This document shows, piece by piece, positions 36,501 through 48,379 of a stretch of DNA of 64,000 bases (positions are counted from its first letter, which is position 1; each line of letters begins with the position of its first letter). Source of the stretch: Antedon mediterranea (Eukaryota > Animalia > Echinodermata); contig NC_092672.1 of NCBI RefSeq assembly GCF_964355755.1, positions 28,216,437-28,280,436 on the forward strand, in the 5' to 3' direction. A program made the translations under genes and the position numbers. The notes under the pieces were generated by a model, which saw only the letters and a list, made by a program, of their open reading frames with translations, made no database searches and was not told where the DNA came from.

Positions 36501-39500
36501 GTAGAATTAAGTTATGGTAGTTGCCTGTATTATCTATCTTAAATACAGAAAAATAGAGAGCACCATACGTGCTCTTTCTTAACAATGTTATGTAGCCTAG
36601 AAGTTAAAATATGTTCATGCTCAGTTCGGCCATTAATGCTTATCTCTTATGGTAAAAGTCTTCCATAACGCATAACAACGCTGCAACTACGTCACGAAAT
36701 CGAGAGGAGCGCTTTACACGTATTACTAATTGGTTGGTTTTGTCCACGTGACTTAGGCCTACCTCATTTGAGAAGCTGAGAGCAGATATTCCGACTTGGA
36801 AGCAATCAAGACCGATGATTGCGTGCGTACACAATGAACTAACTTGCCAGACTCGTACATGTGCCTGATGACAAATATAAACAATCCATTAATTAATGTA
36901 AAAAAGCTCTTTATTTTCGTAGCCCAGAAATAGGAATTTAGTTTAGTTTAATTAGATTAAATTGAACAAGCAGTTTTATAACCAATCATCATTATTTGCT
37001 TTTTAACCAAAGTTTGCCCTGTGAATATAGGTGACTTTTGTGGTCAAACATATCTAATCATTTTTGCAAGTTTGGTTCAAATAAGATAAATAGTGAAAAG
37101 AAGCAGAATTGTTAGAAATAAACAGCAAGAAAAAAAGTTAATTAATCCATTTTGTCTAAAAAGAATTTTGTTTGACGAAACATGTATTACTGGGGGTTTG
37201 CCAACCTGGTTCAGTTTTATCTGTTACTTTAGCCATATTTGTACACAACAATAGCCAGAAACAGAAAAAACACAACGAATATAGCAAAAGAAATAAGATC
37301 GAAAAGGTATTTTTCCTAAAAATACTTACTGAATGAGAAATAACTACATCTGGTGGCTGTTGAAATGAATATAGAATGAAATTAAATACACCTACGAAAC
37401 AATTAACACATGACTACCTCAATGTACAAACTTTGGAACAATTTGTTGGCAAAAAAAAAACATGAAAATGGAAAAAAAATTAAGAGAAAACAATAGGTGT
37501 ATTTTGCACATGCTAGTAATAAGCAAGAAATGTGTTGTTTTAAAATTTACTCAAAAAGATTCCATAGTTTTAGGCAAGAAATAAAAAACATTATTCAGAA
37601 AAGATAGCTTTATTTTATGAAATGCATATAAACAAGCTCGCAAACAAGGAGATTATTTCATCTATGTAGACAATCAGCAAAAAATGTATTGTTTAATACC
37701 CAACTATCCTTCACTATTACCCAACCTTTTTAACTCTTGCCTATTACAAAAAGTATGAAAACCTATCTGTGTCACTTATCGACATAACGTTTCGAAATTT
37801 CTAAATTAAACGTGGAAATTCGGATTCGTGTTTCGAATAGTAATCTCCCAGATTAATTCGATATATTTTCCGAATAGGAATTAGAGAAAAGGTGCAGTAG
37901 TGCAGCGATCTGATAGTGAAAATAAAATAGAAACATTCTCTTTGGTGTAAAAAAAAGGTAAATATTTACAGTAGAGTCTGGAAGATATCCTTCTTTCTGA
38001 CCTGTTGCTATGTATGTACCGGATGGATGGAGTGCCATGCTAAAATGAACCAAAAATAACATCGAAAGATTTTATTGTAAATTCTTTGAAAATAAATGAA
38101 ATTGTTCAGCAAGGGCCGCACTGCAGATTTTAAGTAACTGCACACGTTCGTTCAAAATAGGACAGAAAATGGTTAAATGAGAATCTTTTGATTTGAACAT
38201 ACACAAATGCCGACTGAAACTAAATGACGTCATATTTTATTATTTGCGCATGTGCCAAGTCGACTGACACTTAAACTATCAAATATGAGCACGTCGAGTT
38301 TAGTTGCTTTTTACGTATGACGTCATAACACTGCGGAAGTTGATTAAATTAAGAATGTCGATAAGTAGACAGTAGAAGTTCCAATGCCTTTTTATTCTCT
38401 CATAGAAATTAAATCTCTCATCTTTACAACTCACCACTGAATGTCTTCGTTATGGCCGACATAGTGACGTTGTGTATGTGCCTTTCTGTCATACAGAACT
38501 ACAACTGCACCGACGTAATACGCGAGTTCTGATGACGATAACACAAATAAATTATTACCGCAATCAAATCCCCTGTAACCATATCTAAGACCAAGTTAAA
38601 GAAATATAAACAAGCAATAAATTTGCATGATTTGTTCGTCACACCTGTATGTAAGTGATTGCACCCACCTGATATTGTTTATGTTTTAACTATACTACTA
38701 CACAACTAGCTTACTAAACTAAAGCAATTTATAAAATAGAAAGAGTAGGTAAAAGAAAAGTTGAAAGAAACATTAACACAGTAACCTAAACGCTAATATG
38801 TATACATAATAGTAATACTTTGAAAGGATACACCCAGTCGAGTTTTAACTTTTTCTTTGGTGCTGCGCTGGGATTTGCATGGCCTGTCATGACGTCATCA
38901 GTAGGATAAAACTCTCTCATTTGACCGTGGATTGACAAGCGTGCTGGGCTGTAGTAAGTTTTTGGTGCCAGATGTTTAAATCTTTTAGCATATTTTTCTT
39001 GAAAGTAACCGAAGTCACTCGGAAGATCACTGTCAGACTGCACATGTTCAGGTGATGGCACGTTCAATAACTGTGTCACACGTGAAGGCTTCGCTTCTTT
39101 TTTCTCGCGTGGAGTATGATTATTGTCGTCTGTTTCTTCCATGGGAACCTCATCAGGTTGTGTTTGGAATTCTTTTGGAAGAACTGGAAACTCCGCTTGA
39201 CTGGTTGAGATCTTGAAAGTGGATCTCCGTAGCATCTGACGATGGGGATGGCGTGACCGCGTAGAAACGTCTTCGGTCGATCTAGTAAAAGCATGTTTTG
39301 GTTTGATTGGAGGTAGGGTATCTTCTGATGAAGAGTCACGTGGCGATTCCTCATAGCTTCTTCTTTGCCGTTGGTAAGCTGTTGAAAATAATTACCGTAT
39401 AAAGTTAAACTTGACGATAAGGCGGGCTTCCAATGTCTTGTCTTCTCAATATAAATGATGTATCTTGTTTGAATAAAGTGGAATGTTAGCAAGTGAGCTA

Positions 39501-41231
39501 TGACGACATTTTAATTTGTTTTTTTTGTAATACTTTGTTTTATTAAGGTTGAAATGTTTTGTTATTTTGAAAGACTAAATAAAAATGGATGGAATCAGTA
39601 ACTGGTCAGTTTGGTTTGAAGAAATAGAAGGCATTTTATTACTTAAATTGTATTATTTTTCGATAAACCAAATGGAATAGTACGTCTGTATCTTCAAAGA
39701 AAATAATACGGTGTTACATTTTGAGAACTTTTTACAGCGTGAAGATCTTCTAAAATTATCCTCACCTTCGTAAGTTTCCTCTGGATCACTACGTTTAAGT
39801 TTCTTGGCAGGCCTTTTCCTTTGGAGACTCTGGTGAGATTGGTTGTACTTGGGTCCCTGGTGAGGCGGTGGCATGCCGTTGTCGTGCCCATTAGTATATC
39901 CATTATCTCTGTCTGTATCGGATTCCTCAAGACTTGAATCGCTTGGAATCTGCACCCTTCGAAGTGGTTCTAATCCACAGGCAATAAACACATCATGGTC
40001 TTGAAACTCATGGAAAAGCTGAGAGAAACTATGAACCTAGGATGCATAATTAATAGATGTTATTTAAGCATGGAACTAAAAGAAAAATATATAATGAAGT
40101 CAATAAAGCATGTGACTTTAGAAAAAGCAGACGGTTAATACAAAAAAATAGCAAAGATGAATTCTTTCTGTTCCTATTTATTTTGAGCGTAACCTACATT
40201 TACGCATGCTCACATTGTAATATGATAATGCGTAATGATATATAATGACATAACTTTTGGTCACGCGGATACTATTACGGCGCTGATTGGTTTAAGTTCT
40301 TAAGGTCTTAGGCCTTACCGCGATCAATTAAATATTAGGTAACAATGAATATGATGTCGATAATACTAATAATACACAATTTTGACGGTAAAAAACAATA
40401 AATAAGTTTACTTTCACTTACCTTCTCTTCTGTTTTCCACGTGTATAGCTGTTTAACTGGTGGATTGTGTAGCATCACGGCCTGGGACATGTCCCTCAGT
40501 ACGTGTTCAAAACTTTGAGAAGTCCTTGGGTTCAGAAGTATCTTAGCCCTGCTGTCACGATTCGTATTGCTAACTACAATGATAGCCCTAGGCTTGGCCC
40601 AGCTTCTTTGTTGCATATCTGTTGTGGGTCCGTTGGAGTAATATTGACTTGCCGCGGCCGCTTCTTGTTGTTGTTTATCGTGGTCTCTTTTAAATAACAG
40701 TTTGTCGGTTTTCCGTAATGGTCCTGCACTTGGTTTACGGTTATTCCAGTGTTTTTCCGAGTTTTTAACTCTTCCATACGATATGCGGGAAATAAATTGT
40801 CCACTGGCGCAGACATATCCTCGCCCATCGTCTAATTCGCCGATATCGTGGATTGGATCACCGTTTAACGTATACACGTGTCGTACCCCGTATGGTAAAG
40901 AGATTTTGTCTCCCAGATACATCAGAAGCGTCTCCCATGTTGAGTAGTTTTTATAATTTACCGGAATCGTCAGTCCTTTGAAATGTTTATCACCATTCCG
41001 ATAAAACGTCACCAGCCTCGTTTTGAACTTACTCTTATTATGAACTGCATGGTTTGGCCCGTATGCGAACATACTTTCATCGTCGACTATGTCGTCGTCG
41101 TCTTCGTCTACAGATACTTCAGGTGAAAATCGATCAAAACCTTCGTCACTGTCGTCAAATATATTCGTTCTCTGCATTCGGTACGACTTCTCGGGAACCA
41201 CATCATCGAACTGTTCGTCGGTCATACAATC
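30507..41231 (-). CDS. EML: Echinoderm microtubule-associated protein-like protein with two N-terminal doublecortin domains (DCX-EMAP-like), ~1151 aa from ATG 41225
   Basis: Phase-consistent exons (minus strand): 41231-40422, 40036-39766, 39378-38832, 38584-38435, 38039-37970, 36864-36763, 36480-36385, 35068-34925, 34500-34404, 34107-33932, 33694-33268, 33090-32993, 32847-32760, 32565-32470, 31987-31857, 30665-30507 (TGA). Domains: DCX1 ([11 protein letters not shown]...YVCAS), DCX2 ([15 protein letters not shown]...VFIACG), HELP (LKLDWVYGYRG) and EML WD40 repeats ([26 protein letters not shown]). The 5' end is uncertain. Confidence 0.93.
30720..31508 (+). mobile_element. 3' fragment of a CR1/L2-group LINE in the last EML intron (antisense to EML)
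   Basis: Translates to [37 protein letters not shown] and [12 protein letters not shown]...SFINFKLSL, all typical post-RT motifs. Ends in an AT-rich 3' UTR and (AATAAA)n tail. Confidence 0.75.
31540..31693. mobile_element. Decayed member of the 63788-63966 MITE family (further partial copies at ~1278-1337 and ~60810-60885)
   Basis: Shared ccaatcacaagcga / atcgct..gattggt core and aaccaagctt end. Confidence 0.6.
32097..32341 (+). mobile_element. tRNA-derived SINE with a LINE-derived 3' tail
   Basis: A box TGGCTTGGTGG and B box GGTTCAAGTCC. The 3' 42-mer (32277-32318) is 37/42 identical to the 3' end of the LINE at 12711-12752 (minus). Ends in an A tail. Confidence 0.88.
33720..33835 (+). mobile_element. 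Short HINE/DINE-1-like element (same family as 11577-12320)
   Basis: TTTTTAGTCGCGTGCAACGCGACTCTATAG, GTCG repeats, and a degenerate end gcacatgact...ggccttg. Confidence 0.6.
35453..36345. repeat. 21-bp minisatellite (TCCAGTACTGGAATCGGTAAG), ~42 units, inside an EML intron
   Basis: Tandem units are directly visible. It lies between EML exons 36385-36480 and 34925-35068. Confidence 0.96.
38585..38831 (-). other. U12-type (minor spliceosome) GT-AG intron in the EML HELP motif
   Basis: 5' site GTATCCTTT; branch TTTCTTTAAC ending 10 nt before the exon. Splicing restores W-V-Y-G-Y-R-G. Confidence 0.9.
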
Positions 41232-41446
41232 CTGAAATAGCAACAGTATTCGTCTAGTAATTAAAATCAGAGACGAAATATCAAAATTATTGAGAGCAAT
41301 TTCCATCATTCCATTCCTTTACCGAAATGTTATACCAAAGAAACAAAGAAACCCACTACTCTTCCGAAAGATGCATTGAGGTTTTAAGTGGACACGAATG
41401 TGAGGAAAATCATTAGACCTTATTATTACCATAATGTAATCGAATT

Positions 41447-41790
41447 CCGAGTCATATGGCCGAGCGATTAAGGCAGGGGCGCCGTTTATCGTACCTAAAG
41501 AGCCAACAACAACATCGGCAAGGGTTCGAGGCCGACTCGCTCCTAGTTCTGGTGGTGGAACAAGTCTTCTCGGATAAGGACTATAAACCGTAGGTCCAGT
41601 GTACACAGTTATAACCTGTGTGTACTTTAAAGAACCCAGTTCATTATTCGAAAAAAGAGTAGGGGGTTACCCCGGTGAACTGGTTCACACAATAGCCTCT
41701 GTATCAGGGAGATTACCACCTATCTGATAGGACAGTGATTAATTCACTATTGGTAATCCTTGGCCACATTGCCTAAAAACATAAAATAAA
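41447..41790 (+). mobile_element. tRNA-headed SINE with a Deu-like central domain
   Basis: A box TGGCCGAGCG and B box GGTTCGAGGCC. The centre (GTCTTCTCGGATAAGGACTATAAACCGTAGGTCC...TTAAAGAACCCA...AAGAGTAGGGGGTTACCCCGGTG) resembles the Deu domain as recalled from SINE3/AmnSINE1. Ends in an (AAAAT)n tail. Confidence 0.75.
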
Positions 41791-42622
41791 TAAATAAAAT
41801 AAAATAACCAAATTACATACAAATTATTACATTATGAATGTTCTTATATAGTACCGCATAGCATCAATAGTAGTATTATTTATCACGGGCCGATTTTTTA
41901 TTTTTAATAATTATGTATGTAGGTAGGCCTAGGGCCTAGTGCACTTTATTCAAATACGGTACTGAATGCATGATTAACCAATATAATAATAAGACAGATA
42001 TGTATTATTATTTAAATTGATTTATTATTATTCACTTATTTCTTATAAATTTATAATATCTTTGGGTTAGGGTATCCACAGCACCCACACCTACCCCCAA
42101 CATCATAAATTTGTTTTTACCATAATGTAATCGGGATTCGATCAACATTGCACACAATTTATTCAATTTTAAATGTTCATAACTAAAGTATTATTTATAG
42201 GTCTACATAGCCCCATTCCTACCAACCTTATGTGTGTGAAAGTTCTAGATCTAGTTCTAGACTCCGTTGTACCATAAAATACAAATAACATCCACCTATA
42301 GACACTTGTTGATGTACCGTAATTAATTTCAATTCAAGCAATTACAATAACATTTGCGTTTATTGGTATTGATTTTACACGTCACAAGAGCCGCCGTAAT
42401 TACAATATGAAAATTGGCTCAAATTACATAACTTAATTGTGATGGTTATATTAGATAATAAATTAGATTTTATGAAAAGCAAAATTGCCAATTTAATATA
42501 CGATACAGTACTTTTGAAATTGACGGAAAAGTATAGAAATACAGCTTAATAACGAGGATAAGTCAAAATAGAGGGAGGGGGAAGACTTTAATATGTTGAA
42601 CTTAATGTCTTTATCTCTTTAT

Positions 42623-42862
42623 ATTATAATAATAGTTCATTCTTATATAGGCAAGCATATAAGCAAGCTCTCAATGCGCTGCACAATTACCCCGGTCATT
42701 TTTTGGATCATGCACGTGTGGAAACATTATTCCCTAATATAATAATAATTGTATTGTAATCAGCAAGTGTCTTGCCTAAGCATACATTCAAGCAATGTGG
42801 CGAGAGTAAGATTCGAACCACGATCAGTAATCCAACGTCCAACAAACACACGGCCTCACGCC
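42623..42862 (-). mobile_element. Decayed tRNA-derived CORE-like SINE with an L2-like tail
   Basis: Minus strand: B box GGTTCGAATC, CTTAGGCAAGACACTT (CORE-like), and tail GTGCAGCGCATTGAGA...CTATATAAG...(TAT)n. Confidence 0.6.
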
Positions 42863-43879
42863 GAAATTAAGAGGGCAGTCGGTTCCCCCTCCCCCTTCTC
42901 GGTTCCGCCGCCTTGTATTGATAAGGTGGGATAGCACAACTAGATCAAGCGTGAAGGTAAGGTGAGGAGGGGAGTTAATCCGTTACCACCCCGTCTCCCT
43001 CACCACCACCACCACCACCACAACCACCGTCAATTAGACCGAACTTTTACAGGTGCCGGCCGCTCTACATTATTTCGTATTATTTACTCTTTCTTACACA
43101 AACAATGACGTATGTACAGATCGTGAACTCTTCGACAAATTGTACAAGTTTTGCATACAAAAGTCTGAATGTGTAGGCTGTTTCTTTACAGTGTCTCCTT
43201 GAAAACGAACATTGGAAATACTGATCCTAACTAACCGATAAGTGAGTTCAGTGTTACATTTTGATGAGACATTTGAACGAAAAGAACAAATCTCTACTAT
43301 GCATCAAATTCAAAAATTCCTATTCTAAATACAGTAGGCCTAAATGGCTATAACCAAACTGTTCTGGTTTTCGTTGAAAGTCGATTATACTTTAGGCTTA
43401 TGTCGTATTAAGCTAAATCCTATAATAGCTTGCATTAAGAATTATGAAATGACAGAAATCCCCAGTGTCCCCGGAATATGAATTGGTTGTGGTGTTTAAA
43501 CATATTGTCCCTTGTTCGTTTCACGGACAAGTCTCCCTTCGTTCGATATGGGTGTCTAAAACGAGGGGTTTTGGTTCTGTAACGCAATTCATCACATAGG
43601 CTTACACTTTTTCTTTGAAAAATTAGTTCAACTATTTAACATTAACATGAAAAATGTAGGCCTATTTATTACATATAGAGCCATCATCATGCAATGTACT
43701 ATATTAATCAATTTATATAAAGCATATTGATTATTATTTATAAACACATGATGAAAACATAATTATTGAACACGAATAATAATATAAAATTTTAAAAAAA
43801 ATCCACAAACACAAAATAATCCTAAATCGTCTTTGGTACATTTAGGTCTTATAACACCCACGTCGTCGGTGGGGCTGGG

Positions 43880-44087
43880 ATGGTCATACATGGGCTAAGG
43901 TGGTCAGAATGTGATGAGGTGGTCAGAATGGGAGGAGGTGGTCAGATATGGGCTGAGGTGGTCATACATGGGCTGAGGTGGGCATGGGCTCTGGTTAGAA
44001 TAAGCTGAGGTGGTCATGCATGAGCTGAAGTGGTCATACATGGGCTGATGTGGTCAGCATGGGCTGAGGTGTTCATACATGGGCTGG
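43880..44087. repeat. ~20-bp degenerate tandem repeat (GGGCTGAGGTGGTCATACAT)
   Basis: About 10 units are visible. Confidence 0.85.
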
Positions 44088-44546
44088 TCGGCATCTATCA
44101 TCACCCACCACCCCCCCCCCCCCCCACCTAGGCTACCACATGTCTTGATCAATTCAACCACATTGTGGTAACTCTTAATTCTACCGAATACTTCGTACAC
44201 ATTTGAACATCGATTGCTCTAAAGTCATGCTATAATGGAACATCGAATTTTGTACATACATTAGTAACCGGTACTTAAACTAATAATATTAATCTTTGTA
44301 GGCCTAATGCTTATGACACTAACCTGACGTCATTTCCTGGTACAGTTTCTAGTAAATTTAATGAAGATTGAAGATTATAACAAAAGCCAACCTGCCTCTC
44401 GTATATGACAACTTCTTATTATTGGCTTGTTATGTTGTTCAAGTTGTTGCTTTTGAATTTAGATAATGGAGCGCGCATATCACAATGCTATAGTATCGAA
44501 TATCCTAAATACACACAGACGTGCATTCCCCAAGGTTCGTTGTAAC

Positions 44547-44636
44547 ATCGCTATGGAAACTCTTGTTGAAATTAGGTAATGCATAAGAAATATTTTAATT
44601 GTAATATTGTATAATACATATTGTTGTCATGGTGAT
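44547..44636. promoter_or_regulatory. Pair of RFX X-box-like motifs, candidate EML promoter
   Basis: ATCGCTATGGAAAC (44547-44560) and GTTGTCATGGTGAT (44623-44636). They lie just upstream, on the minus strand, of a possible non-coding exon ending CAG|GTTGG at ~44392. Confidence 0.4.
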
Positions 44637-45696
44637 ACGACCTAATTTGAATCGATACAGATATCTTGATTGATTGACTTTATCAAACGTACTGTAGTGG
44701 TATTTAGAATATGGCAAAATCGACGTAGGCCTAATTATGATCATATAATTTATATTACCATACTCTTCAATTTAAAACAGAACCACATAAAATAAAGCGT
44801 GTACCAGAAATCAATAATATATTACCGTTAGGACATATAAAAGTAAGCCTACATGAAATTTCGTTGTCAGAAATTAAGCATCGATACTGTAGTAGAGTTC
44901 TGTGGGTGGTGACACCGAGGCATATTCGCGGGGAAAAACAATAACATATAACTGGTTCTGAAATAATGAAAGGAGCGACGGCGCGTTCTCCATATGAGTT
45001 TCCTGCTTAAGTAATTCTCACCAATTTTAGAGGTTTGTCATTGGTAGGCTAATTGAGGACCATCCAAAAAAAAAAATGTGTGGTGTTGGAAAATCTGCGC
45101 CGGTGCACAAACCCCCATCTTTTGCAATTATTACGATGCGCTTTTATTCCAAACATTAATTACCGTACAAAATTATTACAAGCAACATAATAATTGTGTA
45201 AACATACATCTATTTGTTGTTGTTGTTGCTTCTATACATTATTATTTGCCATAATAAAATAAAAGGTTTCAGTAAGTTATATTCACAGAGTAGGCCTATA
45301 AGCCAAATTCTTGTTTTATGTGTTACGTGCGTCCGATAGCAATGTAGAAATTTGTGGGTATACGCACAAAAAACATGTGAGACCAGTGGTGGTGCCAACG
45401 CGGATGGAGAGGACAGTGATGTCCCCGTCCCCTCTCCGGCGGATCATGTTGGCGGGGGAAATTCATATTATAGAGATTCAAGATCAAGAGCCCTTTTTGT
45501 GTCTCTTTATCGGAGAACTCTGGTGCCACTTCTGTCTGGCACCTGCTGGCAAAAATTGGACGGTGAACGTCCTATTTAGATCTCTGTTTACTTGTTTACG
45601 TTATTTAGCCTAATATAGTGCAAGTTAAGTCCGACCAGTAGTGAGGTAAAATAGAAAAGAATAAAACGATGAAATCGAAAGAAAAAGATGGCTTAC

Positions 45697-45729
45697 CTCA
45701 AAAACATCATCGTCGACCGGGCTTGACAT
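45697..45729 (-). CDS. Candidate short coding exon MSSPVDDDVFE (upstream EML exon, or exon 1 of a small separate gene)
   Basis: ATG...GAG|GTAAGC strong phase-0 donor. It is compatible with the acceptor at 41231 or the one at 45571. Confidence 0.4.
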
Positions 45730-47312
45730 GATCAATTTTTGGTGCAAAGCAAATTGAAGATATTGATTTCTATATTTGCTTTGATTGTCCCGCGTTCCTT
45801 ATCTCTTTAGGCCCATCATTTCTTTTGACTACGTGACTAGACTATACCATGAGTACCTGCAATGTGCAAAGGTTGCTCGGAGAACCGTGCGAAGTACACT
45901 CTTCTACAATTATTAACAATCTTCTCAGAAAATCTAGATTAGCAGAACTCACTTCGTCTATTCAAAATATTCAAATAGCATTGAAATTGAAATTAAATTT
46001 AATAAAGGAGAAGTCTATTGGGAACATGCAACTATTGTTGTAACTGTATCAATTATGTTATGCATCAATGAAGATATCGTTTGGAAATTATTATTCATAT
46101 TTTTTATGAGTGTTTAGGGAGTGTTCTGGTGTGTATCGGTAAATAATTGAACAATCAAATATCGATCGGCAACAATATTGTCATTGTACTCTGTTATTGA
46201 TAAGTAAAAATGTCACTCACTGTTTGGAGTGAAACTGTTCTCACACTCTAAAAGAGGTGCAAGTTTTCACTCTTTAAGAGTGGTTGTAATAATGTAACCG
46301 ATTGGAATAGTTCACTCTTGTGATTAGTGAAATTGTTGACTAGAGTCAATGTCTCTCCTTTAAAGCATTATCATTCAAAATCCACTATTTTGGAGTGAGT
46401 GGCCACTCAAACGTCTCACTCTAAACGAGTGGATTGTCGCTCTTTTATATATTAATAAATACATTTATTTTAATTTGACTTAATTTTCTGTATACAAAAA
46501 TTCTAGTTCAAATTAATTCAATTTAAAGATGTAGGCCTATAGGCCTCCTGTGTATTGTTCTCCACGGTGAAAAATAAAAATTGATAAATCTAGTATAATA
46601 AAGTTACTCACTTAGGCCTAATGTTTTTATTTATAAAAATGCAAAATAAACGGTTAAATTCAACCAAAAAACCCCTTTCTGACAGAAAATTAGATTTTTG
46701 TTTTAAATTACAGCTTTTTTCAGGTAAATATTTTCTTTTTCAATCTATATTTTGGTGACATTAACATGGCATTTTCAACAACAAAAATGAGAGTCAACAA
46801 CGTTTGTAAAACAAAAGCATCTGAGTTCAAAATAATTCTTTAAAAACAATAATGTATTGTCAACCTCCCTCCTTACAAATTATGATGTAAACATGAATAC
46901 TTACAATTATAGTTAATAGAGATCTATTGATTGCTAACATATCCATCCAAAAACAATGTTAGAACCAATGCATAACTGTTCACATGGCCGAATCTCGATC
47001 AACTAAACTAACAGTAGGCCTATAGTATAAGCTACATGATATACACCTTGTAAATGTTTATTAATTAATGGTGTCTTTACTCATAATAGTGATGTGTGAA
47101 ATGTATGTTTTTCTTTCACTTGTTATTAGTGAACGGTGTAAAATTGTATAGTTTTTGTTCAAAGGTCCTCAATAATTGTTTAGCCTATGTCTCAGGCTGG
47201 TTAATTAAGAACTATACGTTGTAAGTCAATATTGTTACATCAATAAAATATTGATATTATAACAACTGCGTATTGTTGCATAACGGTGGTTGCTAAGAAT
47301 AGTAAATAAATA

Positions 47313-47326
47313 ATTACCTAGGCAAC
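47313..47326. promoter_or_regulatory. X-box-like motif ATTACCTAGGCAAC in the divergent EML/D2HGDH intergenic region
   Basis: Perfect GGCAAC half site and near-consensus other half. A GTTGCT half site lies ~20 bp upstream. Confidence 0.35.
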
Positions 47327-47814
47327 GGTTTTTTTTCTAGTTGTAACCATTTATGCCCTCAACTGCATAATTAAATATAGGATGATGATCATTAGACAAT
47401 GAGGTTTAATTGTTGATTAATTGTAACCTAGTCATAAATGAAATACAATGCACAGACTAAATGAATACTGTAATAATGATTTTGACATATTCCTTGTCAA
47501 TTCATTGTCCTCCTCAGTGTAACGCGCGGCGTGTCAATTATTTAAAATACAACTTTCTTCTTTGAATAATAATTATTATAAACAAAAGATATATGTCGCC
47601 CTCTAGAGTTCAATTTATGTTACTTTTTTCTGCTGATGATGACAAATTGTGTATACAAAATCCAGGGACCACACCGGCCACCCACCCGAACCAAACATGC
47701 AAAGTATAAAAAAGTAGCATTCTCACTAATTAGAACAAATTTGAAGGTTTCCAGTAAAGCATTTGAAGTTTCCAGTTAGGGCAAGATAGTGAGCGATATA
47801 TTTACATGGTAGGC

Positions 47815-48065
47815 CAGTTCTAGCTACCTATCTATCTAATCCGCAAGGCTAGGCTAGTGTAGTGGGTGTATAGGCCTAGGCCTATGTACTATGTAGGCCT
47901 AAGTATAATGTATCCTATGTCAATGACCTAGGCCTAGGCCTAGGTTAGGTAGGCTAGAGAGACCTAGCCTATGCCTAGAGAGAGGCCCCAGCACAACACA
48001 GACTACCTAGGCCTAGGCTAGTAGTAGTAGGCTAGTACCACCTTTAGAGTAAGCCCTAGCTAGCT
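47815..48065. repeat. TAGGCCTA/TAGGCTAG-rich low-complexity tract, probably the start of D2HGDH intron 1
   Basis: Dense aggcctag/ggctag words follow a donor-like ATG|GTAGGC at ~47808. Confidence 0.5.
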
Positions 48066-48379
48066 ATAAAGGATGCATGCTTGATAATGACATTAATGAA
48101 TGTGGAAATAGTAGGCCTAGATTCAGAGATTTAATATAAATGAGTTAAATTTCTGAAGTATAAATGTTTTATGGGCTGTATCATGTTGTAGGTCTACTAT
48201 ACTATACTATTACTATATGCAGACATGTAATTACCTAGCTAGATGCCTAGAAAAATAAATGTAGCTGAAAAGATAAGGTCAATTAAGATTATTGCATTTC
48301 AAACCTCATTCTCTACATCCATGCATAATTACAGAAGAGTTAGAAACAATGTTTTTTTTTTAAATTCTATATTTACTTG

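Noticed and set aside
39653-39765. ORF extension past the EML exon ([12 protein letters not shown]...)
   Set aside because: The strong AAG|GTGAGG donor at 39766 gives the correct phase for the next exon, so the extension is most likely intron read-through.
47595-47610. CTCF-like AGAGGGCG motif (similar words at ~92, 3970, 29613, 29933)
   Set aside because: Only the short core matches, and it cannot be distinguished from background without PWM scoring or ChIP data.
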